From Leptolyngbyaceae cyanobacterium (GTDB taxonomy: Bacteria > Cyanobacteriota > Cyanobacteriia > Phormidesmidales > Phormidesmidaceae), in NCBI GenBank assembly GCA_965263355.1, contig CBDHHL010000056.1, positions 96,001 through 160,000 of the forward strand: a stretch of 64,000 nucleotides of DNA, in the 5' to 3' direction. The notes under the pieces are model-generated. The model made no database searches, was not told the origin of the DNA, and saw only the letters and a list, made by a program, of their open reading frames with translations. This document shows positions 1 to 11,276 of the stretch, piece by piece; within the stretch, counting starts at the first letter, position 1; each line of letters starts with the position of its first letter. Both the position numbers and the translations under genes were made by a program.

Positions 1-3000
1 CACATGCTGTTTGCCTTCCGGTTTGATTTTGGCAAAGCCTAACGGTTTAGCAATCTGCTTCAGCTCTAACATTTTTACCAGCTGTTCCACCGCTGTTGGA
101 ATTGGCCCAAACCGATCATTCAGGTCAGTCACAATTTGCATCAGCTCCCGCTTGGTATCAGCAGCCACCAATGACCGGTAAATACTCATCTTTTGATCCG
201 TATCATCAATGTATTTGTTGGGAATAAACGCCGTTAGTTTCAGATCAATCTGAGTCTCGTCCACCTGGGGAATTTCTTGACCACGAATCTCGGCAATGGC
301 CTCCTGTAGCATATCCATATATAGGTCAAAGCCAATCACCTCCATCTGTCCTGACTGCTGTACGCCCAAAAGATTACCAATCCCGCGAATCTCCATATCC
401 CGCATGGCTAGCTGATAGCCAGACCCCAGCTGAGTAAATTCCTGAATTGCCCGCAGTCGCTTCCGAGCCTTGTCCGAAAGTTTGTCCTGTCTTGGGAAAA
501 ACAACCAGGCGTGGGCCTGAATCCCAGAACGTCCCACCCGACCCCGTAACTGATATAGCTGGGACAAACCAAACTTTTGAGAATCCTCGATCAAGATGGT
601 ATTGACTCGAGGAATGTCTAACCCCGACTCAATAATGGTGGTACACACCATCAGGTCAGCCTCACCATTACTAAAGGCCAGCATCGTTGCTTCTAGCTCA
701 CCCTCTGGCATTTGACCATGGGCAACCGCTAGACGAATGGACGGAATCATCTCTCGAATCCGGGCGGCAACCTCTTCGATACCCTCCACACGGGGTACCA
801 CATAAAACACCTGACCACCCCGATCTAATTCCTGACGAATGGCAGCGCGCACCTTCTCGGGATCGTAGGGGGCCAGGTGAGTCATAATCGGACGACGAGA
901 CGGTGGCGGTGTGGTGATCAGGCTCATTTCCCGCACACCAGAGAGAGACATGTACAATGTCCGAGGAATAGGTGTGGCACTCAGGGTTAAAACATCCACC
1001 TGAGTTTTCATCGCTTTAATTTTCTCTTTTTGGTTTACCCCAAACCGCTGTTCCTCATCTACAACTAGTAATCCCAGGTCCTTGAATTTAACCGCTTTCC
1101 CTAAAAGCTGATGGGTACCAACAACAACATCTAGCTCTCCTGTCGCCAGTCGCTGAATAATATCTTTTCGTTCACTGGCAGTACGGAATCGGTTTAATAA
1201 CCCTACCTGGATCGGATAGGGGGCATATCTCTCTTTAATGGTGTGGTAGTGCTGTTGGGTGAGAATTGTGGTGGGGGCCAGCATAGCCACCTGTTTGCCA
1301 GCGGTGATCGCCTTAAAGATGGAACGAATCGCCACTTCGGTTTTACCAAAGCCCACATCGCCACATACCAGTCGGTCCATGGGGCGAGAACTTTCCATAT
1401 CCCGTTTTACATCCTGGGTAGCCTTAAGCTGGTCGGGTGTCGGCTGGTAGGGAAATGAGTCTTCTAGCTCCTGCTGCCAGGGCATATCGGTGGGATAGGT
1501 AAAACCTTCAAGTTCAGAACGCTGGGCATAGAGTTTGAGCAGGTCCACGGCCACTTTTTGAATGGCTTTCTTGGCCTTAGTTTTGGTTTTCTCCCAAGCC
1601 TTGCCGGTCATTTTGTTGAGCTGGGGGCGTTTCTCTGCCGAGGCTCGAAACCTTGACAGGGATGCCATTTGGTCGGCTGCTACCCGGAGTAGCCCATCGG
1701 CATATTTAATTACCAAATACTCGCGGGTTTCGGCATCAAGGGTGAGACTTTCTAATTTGAGAAATTGTCCAATGCCATGGTTACGATGGACCACATAATC
1801 ATTGGGCCGTAGTTTGTTGGGGTCAACCTTTTTGGACGCTGCCCGACGGCGTTTGCGTACATAGCTGGGGGTGGCCAGGGTATGCTGCCCAAAGAACTCG
1901 CGATCGCTAACAATGCCAATCCGAAATGTAGGCAGAATAAACCCTTCTAGCTCAGCCAGGCCAGAGTATTTGACGCCGATGGGTACATACTGACTGTGGA
2001 GTTTTTCGATGGCTGGATAGTCTTTGGGATTGGGAATAAACTGGGCGGGGCAGTCATGTTCTTGGAGTAAGGCTACGGAGCGGCTAGGTTGGGCAGAGAT
2101 TAGCCAGATCTGGTGTTTGCGATCGCATTCTTCCCTCACCGTCTCCGCCAATTTCCCAAACTGGTGAGGAATCGCCGGTACCGGACGACTCGCCAGGTTC
2201 AGCCCTTCACCCTCTTCAGCAATTTCCGACAACAACACCTGGGAAAACAGAGATAAATCCTCCAATGCCTCATCAAAAGGCCGATGCAATTTTGGTACCA
2301 CTGGCCCCGGCAGCTGAATCTCATCACTGTTGGCCAGGGTTTCATTCACCTCATGCCAATAATCATCCACCTGGTCATACCAGCGACCACTATGGGCTCG
2401 ACACTGATCCGGCTCATCAATGGCAATCAGCGTATCTTCTGATAAATACTCTAAGAGCGAAGCAGGCTGATCAAAGGCAATCCCCAGAAACCGACGGAGA
2501 CCTTCTACCCGTTGACCACTGTCATACTCTTCCTGCGCTTCCGGCGACATCAGGTCCGTCAATACGCCTTTTTCCTCTAGCTTCGAGGCAATCAACGGAC
2601 TAAAATCCGTCGTCGTTAGCAGCAGGGTCGATACATTATCCAAAGACCGCTGATTAGCAGGGTCAAACTCCCGCAGTCGCTCTAGTTCATCACCAAACAG
2701 CTCCAATCGTACGGGTAGCTCTGCTGATACCGGAAAGACATCAATAATATCTCCGCGCTGACTCCACTGCCCCTCAGTTTCCACCGTCGGTACCTTTTCA
2801 TAGCCCAACGTAGCTAAGGTCCGCGCTAGCTCCTTCAAATTCAGCTCCATGCCTTGTTCCAGCTGCAGACAGTAGGGCTTAAATGCTTCTACTGGTGGCA
2901 AATGGGGCTGCAATGCCCGTTCCGTTGCCACAATCACACTGGGCTCAGTATCCTTGAGGAGATCCGCCAATACCTGTAGCTGCCCCCAGGTCATCTCTGA

Positions 3001-3288
3001 CTCCTGGTCAAAGGGATCATAGGGCGATGCTTCGGAGGTGGGATATAGCGAAACCCTGGGCCATCCCATGGCCTCTAGCTGAGCAGTCCAGCGTCCGGCT
3101 TCTTCTAAGGTAGCCGTAACCACTAGCATGGGCCGTTCTTGGGCTTGGGCCAAGGCTGACGCTACCAAACCCTTTGGCAAACGGGGTACCCCATTGAGTA
3201 CCAGCTGCTGCTGCTTGTCTAACTTAGTTAACAATTCTTGGGTTAAGGCAGCTTTACTAAGGGCACGGACAACGGACGAAAAAGCCAT
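1..3288 (-). CDS. mfd: Transcription-repair coupling factor Mfd (3' end runs off the window)
   Basis: Minus-strand frame from ATG at 3288 ([12 protein letters not shown]...) stays open to position 1. It contains [35 protein letters not shown] and [10 protein letters not shown] helicase motifs. Absent from the ORF track because it is truncated. Confidence 0.95.
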   Translation of the reverse strand, partial: MAFSSVVRALSKAALTQELLTKLDKQQQLVLNGVPRLPKGLVASALAQAQERPMLVVTATLEEAGRWTAQLEAMGWPRVSLYPTSEASPYDPFDQESEMTWGQLQVLADLLKDTEPSVIVATERALQPHLPPVEAFKPYCLQLEQGMELNLKELARTLATLGYEKVPTVETEGQWSQRGDIIDVFPVSAELPVRLELFGDELERLREFDPANQRSLDNVSTLLLTTTDFSPLIASKLEEKGVLTDLMSPEAQEEYDSGQRVEGLRRFLGIAFDQPASLLEYLSEDTLIAIDEPDQCRAHSGRWYDQVDDYWHEVNETLANSDEIQLPGPVVPKLHRPFDEALEDLSLFSQVLLSEIAEEGEGLNLASRPVPAIPHQFGKLAETVREECDRKHQIWLISAQPSRSVALLQEHDCPAQFIPNPKDYPAIEKLHSQYVPIGVKYSGLAELEGFILPTFRIGIVSDREFFGQHTLATPSYVRKRRRAASKKVDPNKLRPNDYVVHRNHGIGQFLKLESLTLDAETREYLVIKYADGLLRVAADQMASLSRFRASAEKRPQLNKMTGKAWEKTKTKAKKAIQKVAVDLLKLYAQRSELEGFTYPTDMPWQQELEDSFPYQPTPDQLKATQDVKRDMESSRPMDRLVCGDVGFGKTEVAIRSIFKAITAGKQVAMLAPTTILTQQHYHTIKERYAPYPIQVGLLNRFRTASERKDIIQRLATGELDVVVGTHQLLGKAVKFKDLGLLVVDEEQRFGVNQKEKIKAMKTQVDVLTLSATPIPRTLYMSLSGVREMSLITTPPPSRRPIMTHLAPYDPEKVRAAIRQELDRGGQVFYVVPRVEGIEEVAARIREMIPSIRLAVAHGQMPEGELEATMLAFSNGEADLMVCTTIIESGLDIPRVNTILIEDSQKFGLSQLYQLRGRVGRSGIQAHAWLFFPRQDKLSDKARKRLRAIQEFTQLGSGYQLAMRDMEIRGIGNLLGVQQSGQMEVIGFDLYMDMLQEAIAEIRGQEIPQVDETQIDLKLTAFIPNKYIDDTDQKMSIYRSLVAADTKRELMQIVTDLNDRFGPIPTAVEQLVKMLELKQIAKPLGFAKIKPEGKQHV

Positions 3289-3520
3289 GAAAGCGGTCGA
3301 GATGGATTACAGCATCTATAGATTGTAGAACCTGATTTATTAAAACGATAAGCTGATTGTTGGGTGGGTAATGATGGTAATAGTCGGTGGGCAATGTCCA
3401 CCTTATGGCTTAAAAAAATAGCTGTGGGGAATAAAAAGATCGTTACTATTGAGCGAAGGCTATTAAACCGTTAGGGTGTATAGGGCATACCGAGTTGGCA
3501 CAGGACACAGCAAACCTAGA

Positions 3521-5197
3521 ATGCGATATCTGATCACCAGCGCACTTCCTTATATCAATGGAATTAAGCACTTGGGCAACCTGGTGGGGTCGATGCTGCC
3601 CGCCGATGTGTATGCTCGATTTTTGCGTCAGGAAGGCGAAGACGTTTTATATATATGTGCGACCGACGAACATGGCACTCCGGCTGAAATTGCTGCCCTT
3701 GAAGCAGAGTTAGAAGTGGCCGAATTTTGCACCCGTCAATATGAAAAGCAAAAGGATATTTACGAACGCTTTGGGCTGTCCTTTGACTACTTTGGTCGTA
3801 CGTCAGCGCCAGAGAACCATGAGCTTACCCAACATTTTTACCATCAGCTCTCGGAAAACGGCTTTATCGAAGAACGGGAAATCAGCCAGATCTATTCATT
3901 GGACGATGAACGTTTTTTGCCGGATCGCTATGTCACGGGGACCTGTCCTAACTGTGGCTATGAAAAAGCCCGAGGCGATCAGTGCGAAAACTGTACTAAG
4001 GTCCTCACACCCACCGAATTAATCGATCCCCGCTCCACTATTTCTGGCAGCACAAACTTAGAAGTCCGTAGCTCCAAGCATTTGTTCTTGTTACTGGATC
4101 AGCTCAGCGATGAAGTCCGGGCCTGGGTTGAGCAGCAAACACAGTGGCCTAAGCTCACTTCCTCCATTGCGTTTAAGTGGCTGGATGAAGGTTTGCAAAG
4201 TCGAGGCATTACCCGCGACCTGAGTTGGGGCGTACCGGTACCGGCTGATGGCTTTGAGGGCAAAGTCTTTTATGTTTGGTTTGATGCCCCCATTGGCTAT
4301 GTATCAGCCACAAAAGCTTGGGGAAATGCCACTGGCAACGATTGGGAAAGTTGGTGGAAAGGGAGTGACGATGTCCATTACACCCAGTTTATGGCCAAGG
4401 ACAATCTGCCCTTCCATACAATCATGTGGCCTGCGACCATTCTGGGCAGCCGTGAGCCATGGAAAATGGCGGACTATATCAAAGGCTTTAACTGGCTCAA
4501 TTACTATGGTGGCAAGTTTTCCACTAGCTCAAAACGGGGGGTGTTTCTCGACCAGGCATTAGAAATTGCCCCAGCCGATTACTGGCGCTATATGCTGATG
4601 GCCAGTGCCCCCGAGTCCTCTGACTCTGCCTTTACTTGGGAGCAGTTCCAGAATCGGGTAAATAAGGAACTGGCGGACAATCTAGGTAATTTTGTTAACC
4701 GCATTTTGAAATTTACGGCGTCTAAGTTTGGTAAGGAAATACCTGATGGGGGTACCCCCGGTACTGCGGAAGCAGAGCTAGAGTCCACCTGTAAAGAGCT
4801 GGTGGAAAAGCTGCGGGGCCACCTGCGCCAGCAAGAATTTCGTCGGGCGACGGAGACATTGAATGCCCTGTGGACAGCGGGCAATCAGTACATTGACGTG
4901 CGGGCACCCTGGGCACTGTTTAAGCAGGATAAAGCTGACGCTGCGGTGGTGATTCGCACCTGTATTAACTTGATTCGACTGTATGCGATCGCAAGTGCTC
5001 CCTTTATTCCCCATACCGCCGAGGCCCTCTACGACGCCCTCCAACTCACCGACGACGAACGCCATAGCACCATGGCCGCTGCCACAGACCTCACCATTTT
5101 GGCGGCGGGTCGTCCGTTTGCAGTGCCTGCCCCACTATTTCAAAAGCTTGACGATGATCGCGTTGCTGAATTAAAAGCTCAGTATGGAGGCGATTAG
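3521..5197 (+). CDS. metG: Methionine--tRNA ligase
   Basis: MRYLITSALPYING..HLGN (HIGH-like), CPNC..CENC knuckle, YVWFDAPIGY, KFSTS (KMSKS-like). ATG 3521 preferred over the upstream GTG. Confidence 0.95.
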   Translation: MRYLITSALPYINGIKHLGNLVGSMLPADVYARFLRQEGEDVLYICATDEHGTPAEIAALEAELEVAEFCTRQYEKQKDIYERFGLSFDYFGRTSAPENHELTQHFYHQLSENGFIEEREISQIYSLDDERFLPDRYVTGTCPNCGYEKARGDQCENCTKVLTPTELIDPRSTISGSTNLEVRSSKHLFLLLDQLSDEVRAWVEQQTQWPKLTSSIAFKWLDEGLQSRGITRDLSWGVPVPADGFEGKVFYVWFDAPIGYVSATKAWGNATGNDWESWWKGSDDVHYTQFMAKDNLPFHTIMWPATILGSREPWKMADYIKGFNWLNYYGGKFSTSSKRGVFLDQALEIAPADYWRYMLMASAPESSDSAFTWEQFQNRVNKELADNLGNFVNRILKFTASKFGKEIPDGGTPGTAEAELESTCKELVEKLRGHLRQQEFRRATETLNALWTAGNQYIDVRAPWALFKQDKADAAVVIRTCINLIRLYAIASAPFIPHTAEALYDALQLTDDERHSTMAAATDLTILAAGRPFAVPAPLFQKLDDDRVAELKAQYGGD

Positions 5198-5204
5198 GAT
5201 AAAG

Positions 5205-6236
5205 ATGCAATTAACTATGACACACGCTCGCTTTTTAACTAAAACGCTTATTGCGCCTGTTTTACTCTCAGCCACCCTGCTAGGCTGCGGGAATGATGAT
5301 AACGTCGCCAAGGATGAATACGGTGACACCATCGCCACGGACGCTCCCTACATAGCCGTCACCCAGATCGTTGAGCACCCCGCCCTTGATGCCGTACGCG
5401 ATGGTCTGCAGGATAAGCTGAAAGAAGAAGGCTATGACCAGGCGGATAATTCCCTTAAGTGGACATGGGAAAGCGCCCAGGGCCAGGCGGCCAATGCGGC
5501 CCAGATTGCCCAAAAGTTTGTGGGTGATAATCCAGACCTGATTGTGGCCATTGCAACGCCCTCGGCCCAGGCGGTCGTGGGGAACACCGACACCATTCCG
5601 GTGGTCTTTTCAGCGGTTACCGATCCGGTGGCGGCTGAACTGGTGCCTAGCCTGGACGCATCAGGGGGGACAGTAACTGGTGTGAGTGATTTGTCCCCCA
5701 TTGATGAACATCTAGCACTGATTGCGGATATTGTGCCCGATGCCAAAAGTGTAGGGGTGATTTACAACGCTGGGGAATCCAATTCTGTCAGCCTGGTATC
5801 GTTACTGAACCAAGAAGCAGAATCCCAAGGGTTTGTGATTGAAGCTGCGACAGTAACCAATTCTGCGGATGTGGCCACGGCAGCGGAAAGCTTGGTGGGT
5901 CAGGTGGATGTGATTTATATTCCCACCGACAACACGGTGGTATCTGCCTTAGAAGCAGTCATTAAGGTGGGTAATGAAAATAAGATACCGGTATTTGCTG
6001 GCGATACGGACTCGGTGGAGCGGGGTGCGATCGCAACTGCTAGTTTTGACTATTATGAAGTGGGTCGCCAAACAGGGGATATGGTGACCCGCATTCTTGG
6101 GGGTGAAAGCCCTGGGGACATGCCCGTAGAGTTAGCCAAAACAGTAGACTTAGCCGTTAATCTAACGGCAGCTGAAACCATGGGCGTAACCGTACCTGAT
6201 GTCATTAAAGATAGCGCTGATCAACTATTTGAATAA
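5205..6236 (+). CDS. ABC transporter substrate-binding lipoprotein (ABC_sub_bind, aromatic amino acid-binding-like)
   Basis: Lipobox LLGC, QIVEHPALD, IATPSAQA, FSAVTDPV, PTDNTV. Start 5205 or 5217. No cognate permease adjacent. Confidence 0.85.
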   Translation: MQLTMTHARFLTKTLIAPVLLSATLLGCGNDDNVAKDEYGDTIATDAPYIAVTQIVEHPALDAVRDGLQDKLKEEGYDQADNSLKWTWESAQGQAANAAQIAQKFVGDNPDLIVAIATPSAQAVVGNTDTIPVVFSAVTDPVAAELVPSLDASGGTVTGVSDLSPIDEHLALIADIVPDAKSVGVIYNAGESNSVSLVSLLNQEAESQGFVIEAATVTNSADVATAAESLVGQVDVIYIPTDNTVVSALEAVIKVGNENKIPVFAGDTDSVERGAIATASFDYYEVGRQTGDMVTRILGGESPGDMPVELAKTVDLAVNLTAAETMGVTVPDVIKDSADQLFE

Positions 6237-6321
6237 CCCAGTTAAGGGTCTGTTGGTGAATGTTGGGCTTCCCTTACACTGGCGGCGATATGATCTAATT
6301 TTTATAGAGTATTTTGACGTT

Positions 6322-8478
6322 TTATCTTGCTCCAAGAACTACCGTGGTCGGTATTTCATTTAAATACTCGTTGATTTTGCTGAGTAACTGATCACGCTTT
6401 AAAGGTTTTTGAATACAAGCATTACATCCGACGGACAAAATCTCATCTGATTGAGCATCAATGGTACTGGCAGTAATCGCAATGATCGGTAAATGGGGAT
6501 CCCGTTGCCTAATGTAAGCGGTGGCATCATAGCCATTCATCACAGGCATTTGAATGTCCATAAGAATTAGATCCGGACGGGACAATTGCCATGCTTCAAT
6601 GGCCTGCTGACCATTGTGAGCCTCACAGACCTTAAACCCAACCGCGCTCAAAATTTTCCTGAGCAGCAAACGATTGGTCGGTGCATCTTCCACTACTAAG
6701 ATTTCTATATCTTGAATAGAAATTTCAGGTGTATTTGATTCTATGGAAGCGGCTCCTTTACAAGCAAGGGCAGATTGCAGAACAGTCACTGGCAGATGAA
6801 TATCAAATGTGGTCCCTTGACCGAGTTGACTGCGACAGTCAATAGTACCTCCCATGAGTTTAACCAATCCTTTACAGATGGCTAGTCCCAACCCCACACC
6901 CTGGGTACCAGCGTCCCAAACAGACGCACTGTGGGTCTGATAGAACGGATTAAAAATTCTCTTTTGCTCATCGGGACTAATGCCGCAACCCGTATCGGAA
7001 ATCTCTATACCGAGCTTAGTTGTGCTATCTTGAACTACAGAATATACCCTGAGCAAAACCTGGCCTTGATGGGTATATTTGATGGCATTGTCGAGTAAAT
7101 TGAGCACAAGCTGACGTAGTTTGCTGATATCAATACGCACATAGCGGGGTAGGGTGCGATCGCACTCTACCCGTAGCTGTAATCCTTGTTTTTTTGCCTT
7201 GAGCTGCACCATGCCACCCAGTTGATAAAACAACCTGGATACATCTACATCGCTGGGCTGTAGCCTGACATGGCCTATGTCTAATTTAGTCAATGCCAGA
7301 ATGTTGTTGATCAAGGTCAACAAATGATTACCACTAGTCTCAATAATCTCCAGAGAATAACTATGTTCGTTAGAAAGAGCCGGATCCTGAGCCATGAGTT
7401 CGGCAAATCCTAAAATAGCATTGAGGGGAGTCCGCAGCTCATGATTAACTTTAGCTAAAAATGCACTTTTTGCTTGGTTGGCCTTTTCAGCAGCATCCTT
7501 TGCCTGTTGTAGCTCATCCGTACGTTGTTGAATCCGATTTTCTAAATCGTCGTAGGCTGCCAATAAAGCTTTTTCTGCCTGACGACGCTTGAGTTCAGCG
7601 GCTGAACGAGTAGCAAATATCCGTAAAAACAACTTAGCGAGTTCAACATCCTCCAACGGCCCATCATGGAGAATAAACAATGTGCCAATCACTGTTTTCT
7701 CGCCATCTAATAAAGGCACCCCCAGGTAGGTGGTAGCCCCTAGTTGAGCCATTGGGTGATCCAGCGGTAGCTTAAGATCTAAACAGTATTGCACTTTTGT
7801 TGTTTCAATCGCCTGGGCGCAGGGTGTTTGGAAGGCAGTAATGGCAATATTTTTCCGCAGTTTACCCTGTTGCCATATCGCCAGGGTGTATAGTTCAAGG
7901 GAGTCTGGTTGAAGCCGTTCAGCAATGATGACATTCTGTACATTGAGTATCATCGCCAGACTTGCCACCAAGCTGGAGAAGTATTCTGACCCAGTGGCCA
8001 AGGATGTACAGGTAACGAGACTTTGAAATGCTGTTTGTATATAGTGACGGCGAGACATTTCAGCTTTGAGTTGCTGATTTACCTGGGCTAGCTCTGACGG
8101 AGTTTTGAGGGCAAAAAATTTAGGCAGTAGGGTAATCAGCTCATAGGCCGTAAAGGTTGAAACGATAGCCGTACAAGCACGTACACCGTCAGACAGCCCA
8201 GGAGATAGAGCCAGCTCCAATCCATAACAGAGGCCACAGAGAGTAAGCAACGTTCCCAAGAGCCAGCACAGGCATCGAACGTAAACTGGCCCCTGGCGAT
8301 ACTTACAGGCAACATAAAACAACGTCACTGAAATGAAAAAAAAAGCCAGAGCAGTAATCCCATTGCTAACCCGATGGAAACTACCCCAGGGTAATTGCCA
8401 TACATAACTATGGGAGATACATTGACCAGATGAAAATATCTGCCAACAATAAGTATCCATTCCCCTCCCGTTTTGCAT
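6322..8478 (-). CDS. Hybrid sensor histidine kinase (ethylene-receptor-like TM region, GAF, HisKA, HATPase, REC)
   Basis: HELRTPLNAI H-box, NLLDNAIKY, DTGCGI, GVGLGLAI, REC domain LVVED..DLILMDIQMP, three N-terminal TM helices. Confidence 0.9.
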   Translation of the reverse strand: MQNGRGMDTYCWQIFSSGQCISHSYVWQLPWGSFHRVSNGITALAFFFISVTLFYVACKYRQGPVYVRCLCWLLGTLLTLCGLCYGLELALSPGLSDGVRACTAIVSTFTAYELITLLPKFFALKTPSELAQVNQQLKAEMSRRHYIQTAFQSLVTCTSLATGSEYFSSLVASLAMILNVQNVIIAERLQPDSLELYTLAIWQQGKLRKNIAITAFQTPCAQAIETTKVQYCLDLKLPLDHPMAQLGATTYLGVPLLDGEKTVIGTLFILHDGPLEDVELAKLFLRIFATRSAAELKRRQAEKALLAAYDDLENRIQQRTDELQQAKDAAEKANQAKSAFLAKVNHELRTPLNAILGFAELMAQDPALSNEHSYSLEIIETSGNHLLTLINNILALTKLDIGHVRLQPSDVDVSRLFYQLGGMVQLKAKKQGLQLRVECDRTLPRYVRIDISKLRQLVLNLLDNAIKYTHQGQVLLRVYSVVQDSTTKLGIEISDTGCGISPDEQKRIFNPFYQTHSASVWDAGTQGVGLGLAICKGLVKLMGGTIDCRSQLGQGTTFDIHLPVTVLQSALACKGAASIESNTPEISIQDIEILVVEDAPTNRLLLRKILSAVGFKVCEAHNGQQAIEAWQLSRPDLILMDIQMPVMNGYDATAYIRQRDPHLPIIAITASTIDAQSDEILSVGCNACIQKPLKRDQLLSKINEYLNEIPTTVVLGAR

Positions 8479-8596
8479 TCAACATCTAGATTGCCCATTT
8501 ACTAAGCCAAGTGGCTTAATAAACAAGTAATTAAGGATGAATGTTGAACGAGTGCCAAGATTGTTAACAATTAAACAGAACAAGTTTAATGTTTAA

Positions 8597-9976
8597 TTAT
8601 TCTACCGAAGTCTTTACTGGTTTCCCAGCAATAGCTCGATCTAAAAGTTCAATGGGATGCATGACTGGTATTGTCTGGCCCTGACGAGCTAAATGCTTTT
8701 GAATCTGCAGGGCACAGCCTGGGTTAGATGAGGCTATTAGGGTAGCCCTTGTATTCACTAGATTAGTTACTTTCATTTGACCCAGCTCATTGGCCACTTT
8801 AGGCTGCAACATGTTGTAAACGCCAGCGCTGCCACAACAAAGCTCGGCATCAATGGGGTCACAGACGCTCACCTGAGGAATCTGTTTGAGTAGCTGGCGG
8901 GGAGGCTGGGTAATGCCCTGGCCATGGCGCAGATGGCAGGCATCCTGGTATACCAGCTTGAGGGGCTGATCAGTAATGGCCGAGAGTTTGGCCGTTAAGC
9001 CCACTTCGGTCAGGAATTCCTGGATATCACGGACTTTTTTACTAAAGGCAACCGCCTTATCACGATAGTCTGGATCATCCTGCAAAATATGGCCGTAGTC
9101 CTTGAGGGTATGGCCACAGCCAGCGGCATTGATAATAATGTAGTCTACCGCTGTGTCAGCAAAGCTATCGATCATCTGTCGTGCCAATGCCTGAGCTTGC
9201 TCCGTTTCTCCCTGGTGGGCGGGCAGCGCAGAACAACATCCCTGGCTTTTAGGAATCACCACTTCGCAGCCATTGGCACTCAGCACTCGGGCAGTAGCCT
9301 CATTGACATTGGTGAAAAACACCCGCTGAACACAGCCCAGAATCATGCCTACTCGATAGCGTTTTTCCCCCTGGGCAGGCACCGTTTCTGGCAAATTATC
9401 CTGAAAACATTGGGGCGTGACCGTTGGCAAATTGGCCTCCATGGCTGCTAGTTGGGGAGTCCATTGCTCCAGTAAGCCCGTACTGCGGATCAATTTAGAC
9501 AGCCCTAACCATTGATAGAGAGCCAGGGGACCCAGTAACAGACGAATGCGGTCAGGGTAAGGAAAGAGGGAAAAAATCAGCTGGCGCAGTAAACGGATGG
9601 GAAGCGGTCGCTGGTGGTTGCGGTTGACTTGCGATCGCACCGAGTCAACCAATCGGTCATACCTTACCCCAGACGGACAGGCCGTGGTACAGGCCAAACA
9701 GCCCAGACAAGACTCAAAATGACTGACCGCCGCATCAGATAGCGGCGCATCGCCCTTGTTAATAGCATCCATCAGATAAATCCGCCCCCGAGGCGAGTCA
9801 GTTTCCTTACCGATGACTCGATAGCTGGGGCAGGTGGTTAAACAAAAACCACAATGAACACAGGCATTAATCAACGACTGGTCAGGTGGCTCATGGGCAT
9901 CAAAGCCAACCAGATTAGATTCCAGACTCGTATCAAGTTTCAGAGTAGACGCTGTAGATGATTCCGAAGGCTGCAT
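8597..9976 (-). CDS. glcF: Glycolate oxidase iron-sulfur subunit
   Basis: CVHCGFCLTTCP and CLGCLACTTACPSGV 4Fe-4S motifs plus two CCG-type domains. Confidence 0.85.
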   Translation of the reverse strand: MQPSESSTASTLKLDTSLESNLVGFDAHEPPDQSLINACVHCGFCLTTCPSYRVIGKETDSPRGRIYLMDAINKGDAPLSDAAVSHFESCLGCLACTTACPSGVRYDRLVDSVRSQVNRNHQRPLPIRLLRQLIFSLFPYPDRIRLLLGPLALYQWLGLSKLIRSTGLLEQWTPQLAAMEANLPTVTPQCFQDNLPETVPAQGEKRYRVGMILGCVQRVFFTNVNEATARVLSANGCEVVIPKSQGCCSALPAHQGETEQAQALARQMIDSFADTAVDYIIINAAGCGHTLKDYGHILQDDPDYRDKAVAFSKKVRDIQEFLTEVGLTAKLSAITDQPLKLVYQDACHLRHGQGITQPPRQLLKQIPQVSVCDPIDAELCCGSAGVYNMLQPKVANELGQMKVTNLVNTRATLIASSNPGCALQIQKHLARQGQTIPVMHPIELLDRAIAGKPVKTSVE

Positions 9977-10116
9977 TCAGAGGCACAAGAGGCAATACCC
10001 TAACTAGCTTATCGCTTTAGTTCTCCTGAATTTACGCACCCAGGGTGATTTAAGGTGAATATGTTAGTCTGCCATAAGGGAAAAAATCCTCAATAATTCT
10101 TATCAGGTGATAATCC

Positions 10117-10938
10117 TTGGTTACTACAGCAGCCCTGCCCACCCCCCAGCTACGCTGGACGGTGGTCATTTCAACGGTCATTCTTCACTTACTCGCTCTC
10201 CTAGCGCTGCTGCCAAGCAATTTTAGTTGGAGAGCCATTGGTGTGGCTCTTTTTTTACACGCAATCACCCAGGGGCTAGGTATTTCCCTCGGGTTTCATC
10301 GTATGGCTAGCCATCGCAGTTTGCGCGTACCGCCTTGGTTAGAACACCTTTTTATTTTGCTTGGCACCCTTGCCTTTCAGGGGGGTGTCTATGGCTGGGT
10401 CGGCTACCATCGCCTGCACCATATGCATACTGATCAGGAGTTAGACCCTCACAGTGCTAGCAAAGGGTTTTGGTGGAGCCATATTAACTGGCTAATGCAT
10501 ACTGTTCCCACCCACTCCCTGCTACCTCGTATGACCCAAGATATCCGTGATGATAAGTTCTATCAGTTCTGCCACGATCACTACATTAGTCTTCAGGCGG
10601 CGTTAGCGCTTTTACTATACCTGGCAGGGGGCATGCCATTTCTCGTTTGGGGCGTGTTTGTCAGGCTCTTTATTAGCTTTCACAGCACCTGTTTTGTTAA
10701 CAGTGCCTGTCATCAATTTGGCTATCGTCCAACCAATACCGATGACATGTCCACCAACTGTTGGTGGGTGGCTGTTCTAACCTACGGCGAAGGCTGGCAC
10801 AATAATCACCATGCTTGTCAATCCTCTGCCTGCTTCCAAAAAAACTGGTGGGAGGTTGATCTGGTATGGCAGGTTATTCGCCTATTACAGGCCTTTGGAT
10901 TGGCGGAAAAGGTAAAGACTGCGAATGCTAAAGGTTAG
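10117..10938 (+). CDS. desC: Delta-9 acyl-lipid desaturase (DesC family)
   Basis: His boxes HRMASH, HRLHH, HNNHH; GFWWSH; GEGWHNNHH. Confidence 0.85.
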   Translation: MVTTAALPTPQLRWTVVISTVILHLLALLALLPSNFSWRAIGVALFLHAITQGLGISLGFHRMASHRSLRVPPWLEHLFILLGTLAFQGGVYGWVGYHRLHHMHTDQELDPHSASKGFWWSHINWLMHTVPTHSLLPRMTQDIRDDKFYQFCHDHYISLQAALALLLYLAGGMPFLVWGVFVRLFISFHSTCFVNSACHQFGYRPTNTDDMSTNCWWVAVLTYGEGWHNNHHACQSSACFQKNWWEVDLVWQVIRLLQAFGLAEKVKTANAKG

Positions 10939-11074
10939 GGTTGGGTGAATTTTAGACAGCATCCGCTCCTTGGGAGGGAGTTTAGTTTTGAGTTAGTCAG
11001 TGCCATTCGTTCAAGATTTAAAACTTCCTTGATATGACATTGGTGTGACTTTGGGAATCATTTTTTTATTAAGG

Positions 11075-11265
11075 ATCAGTTAGCCCCTCGGGCTGGTATC
11101 GACTAGCTGAGGGTGGCCCATTGCCTCCTTAATTATGGAGATGATGTTCTCTCATCTACGACCAGGTTCAAACCCTATCAGCTCTGCGGTGAACTACCTT
11201 GAATGCGTTTGGGCTCTGCAGGTTAAGACCTCCGCCCAGGGGCTGTGGCGGTTTACCGTAGAGTT
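11075..11265 (+). ncRNA. Candidate structured RNA upstream of the slipin/SPFH gene
   Basis: 15-bp stem 11180-11194/11251-11265 with 3 G:U pairs on the + strand, hairpins agccc/gggct and agatga/tcatct, and a T-loop-like GGTTCAAACC. Confidence 0.45.
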
Positions 11266-11276
11266 CCAATCGTTAC

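Noticed and set aside
687..3328. Short plus-strand ORFs at the window start
   Set aside because: All are antisense to mfd.
11105..11185. Canonical tRNA gene
   Set aside because: It has a T-loop-like motif and a 7-nt-loop hairpin, but no proper D arm, acceptor stem or 5-bp T stem. Kept only as a candidate structured RNA.
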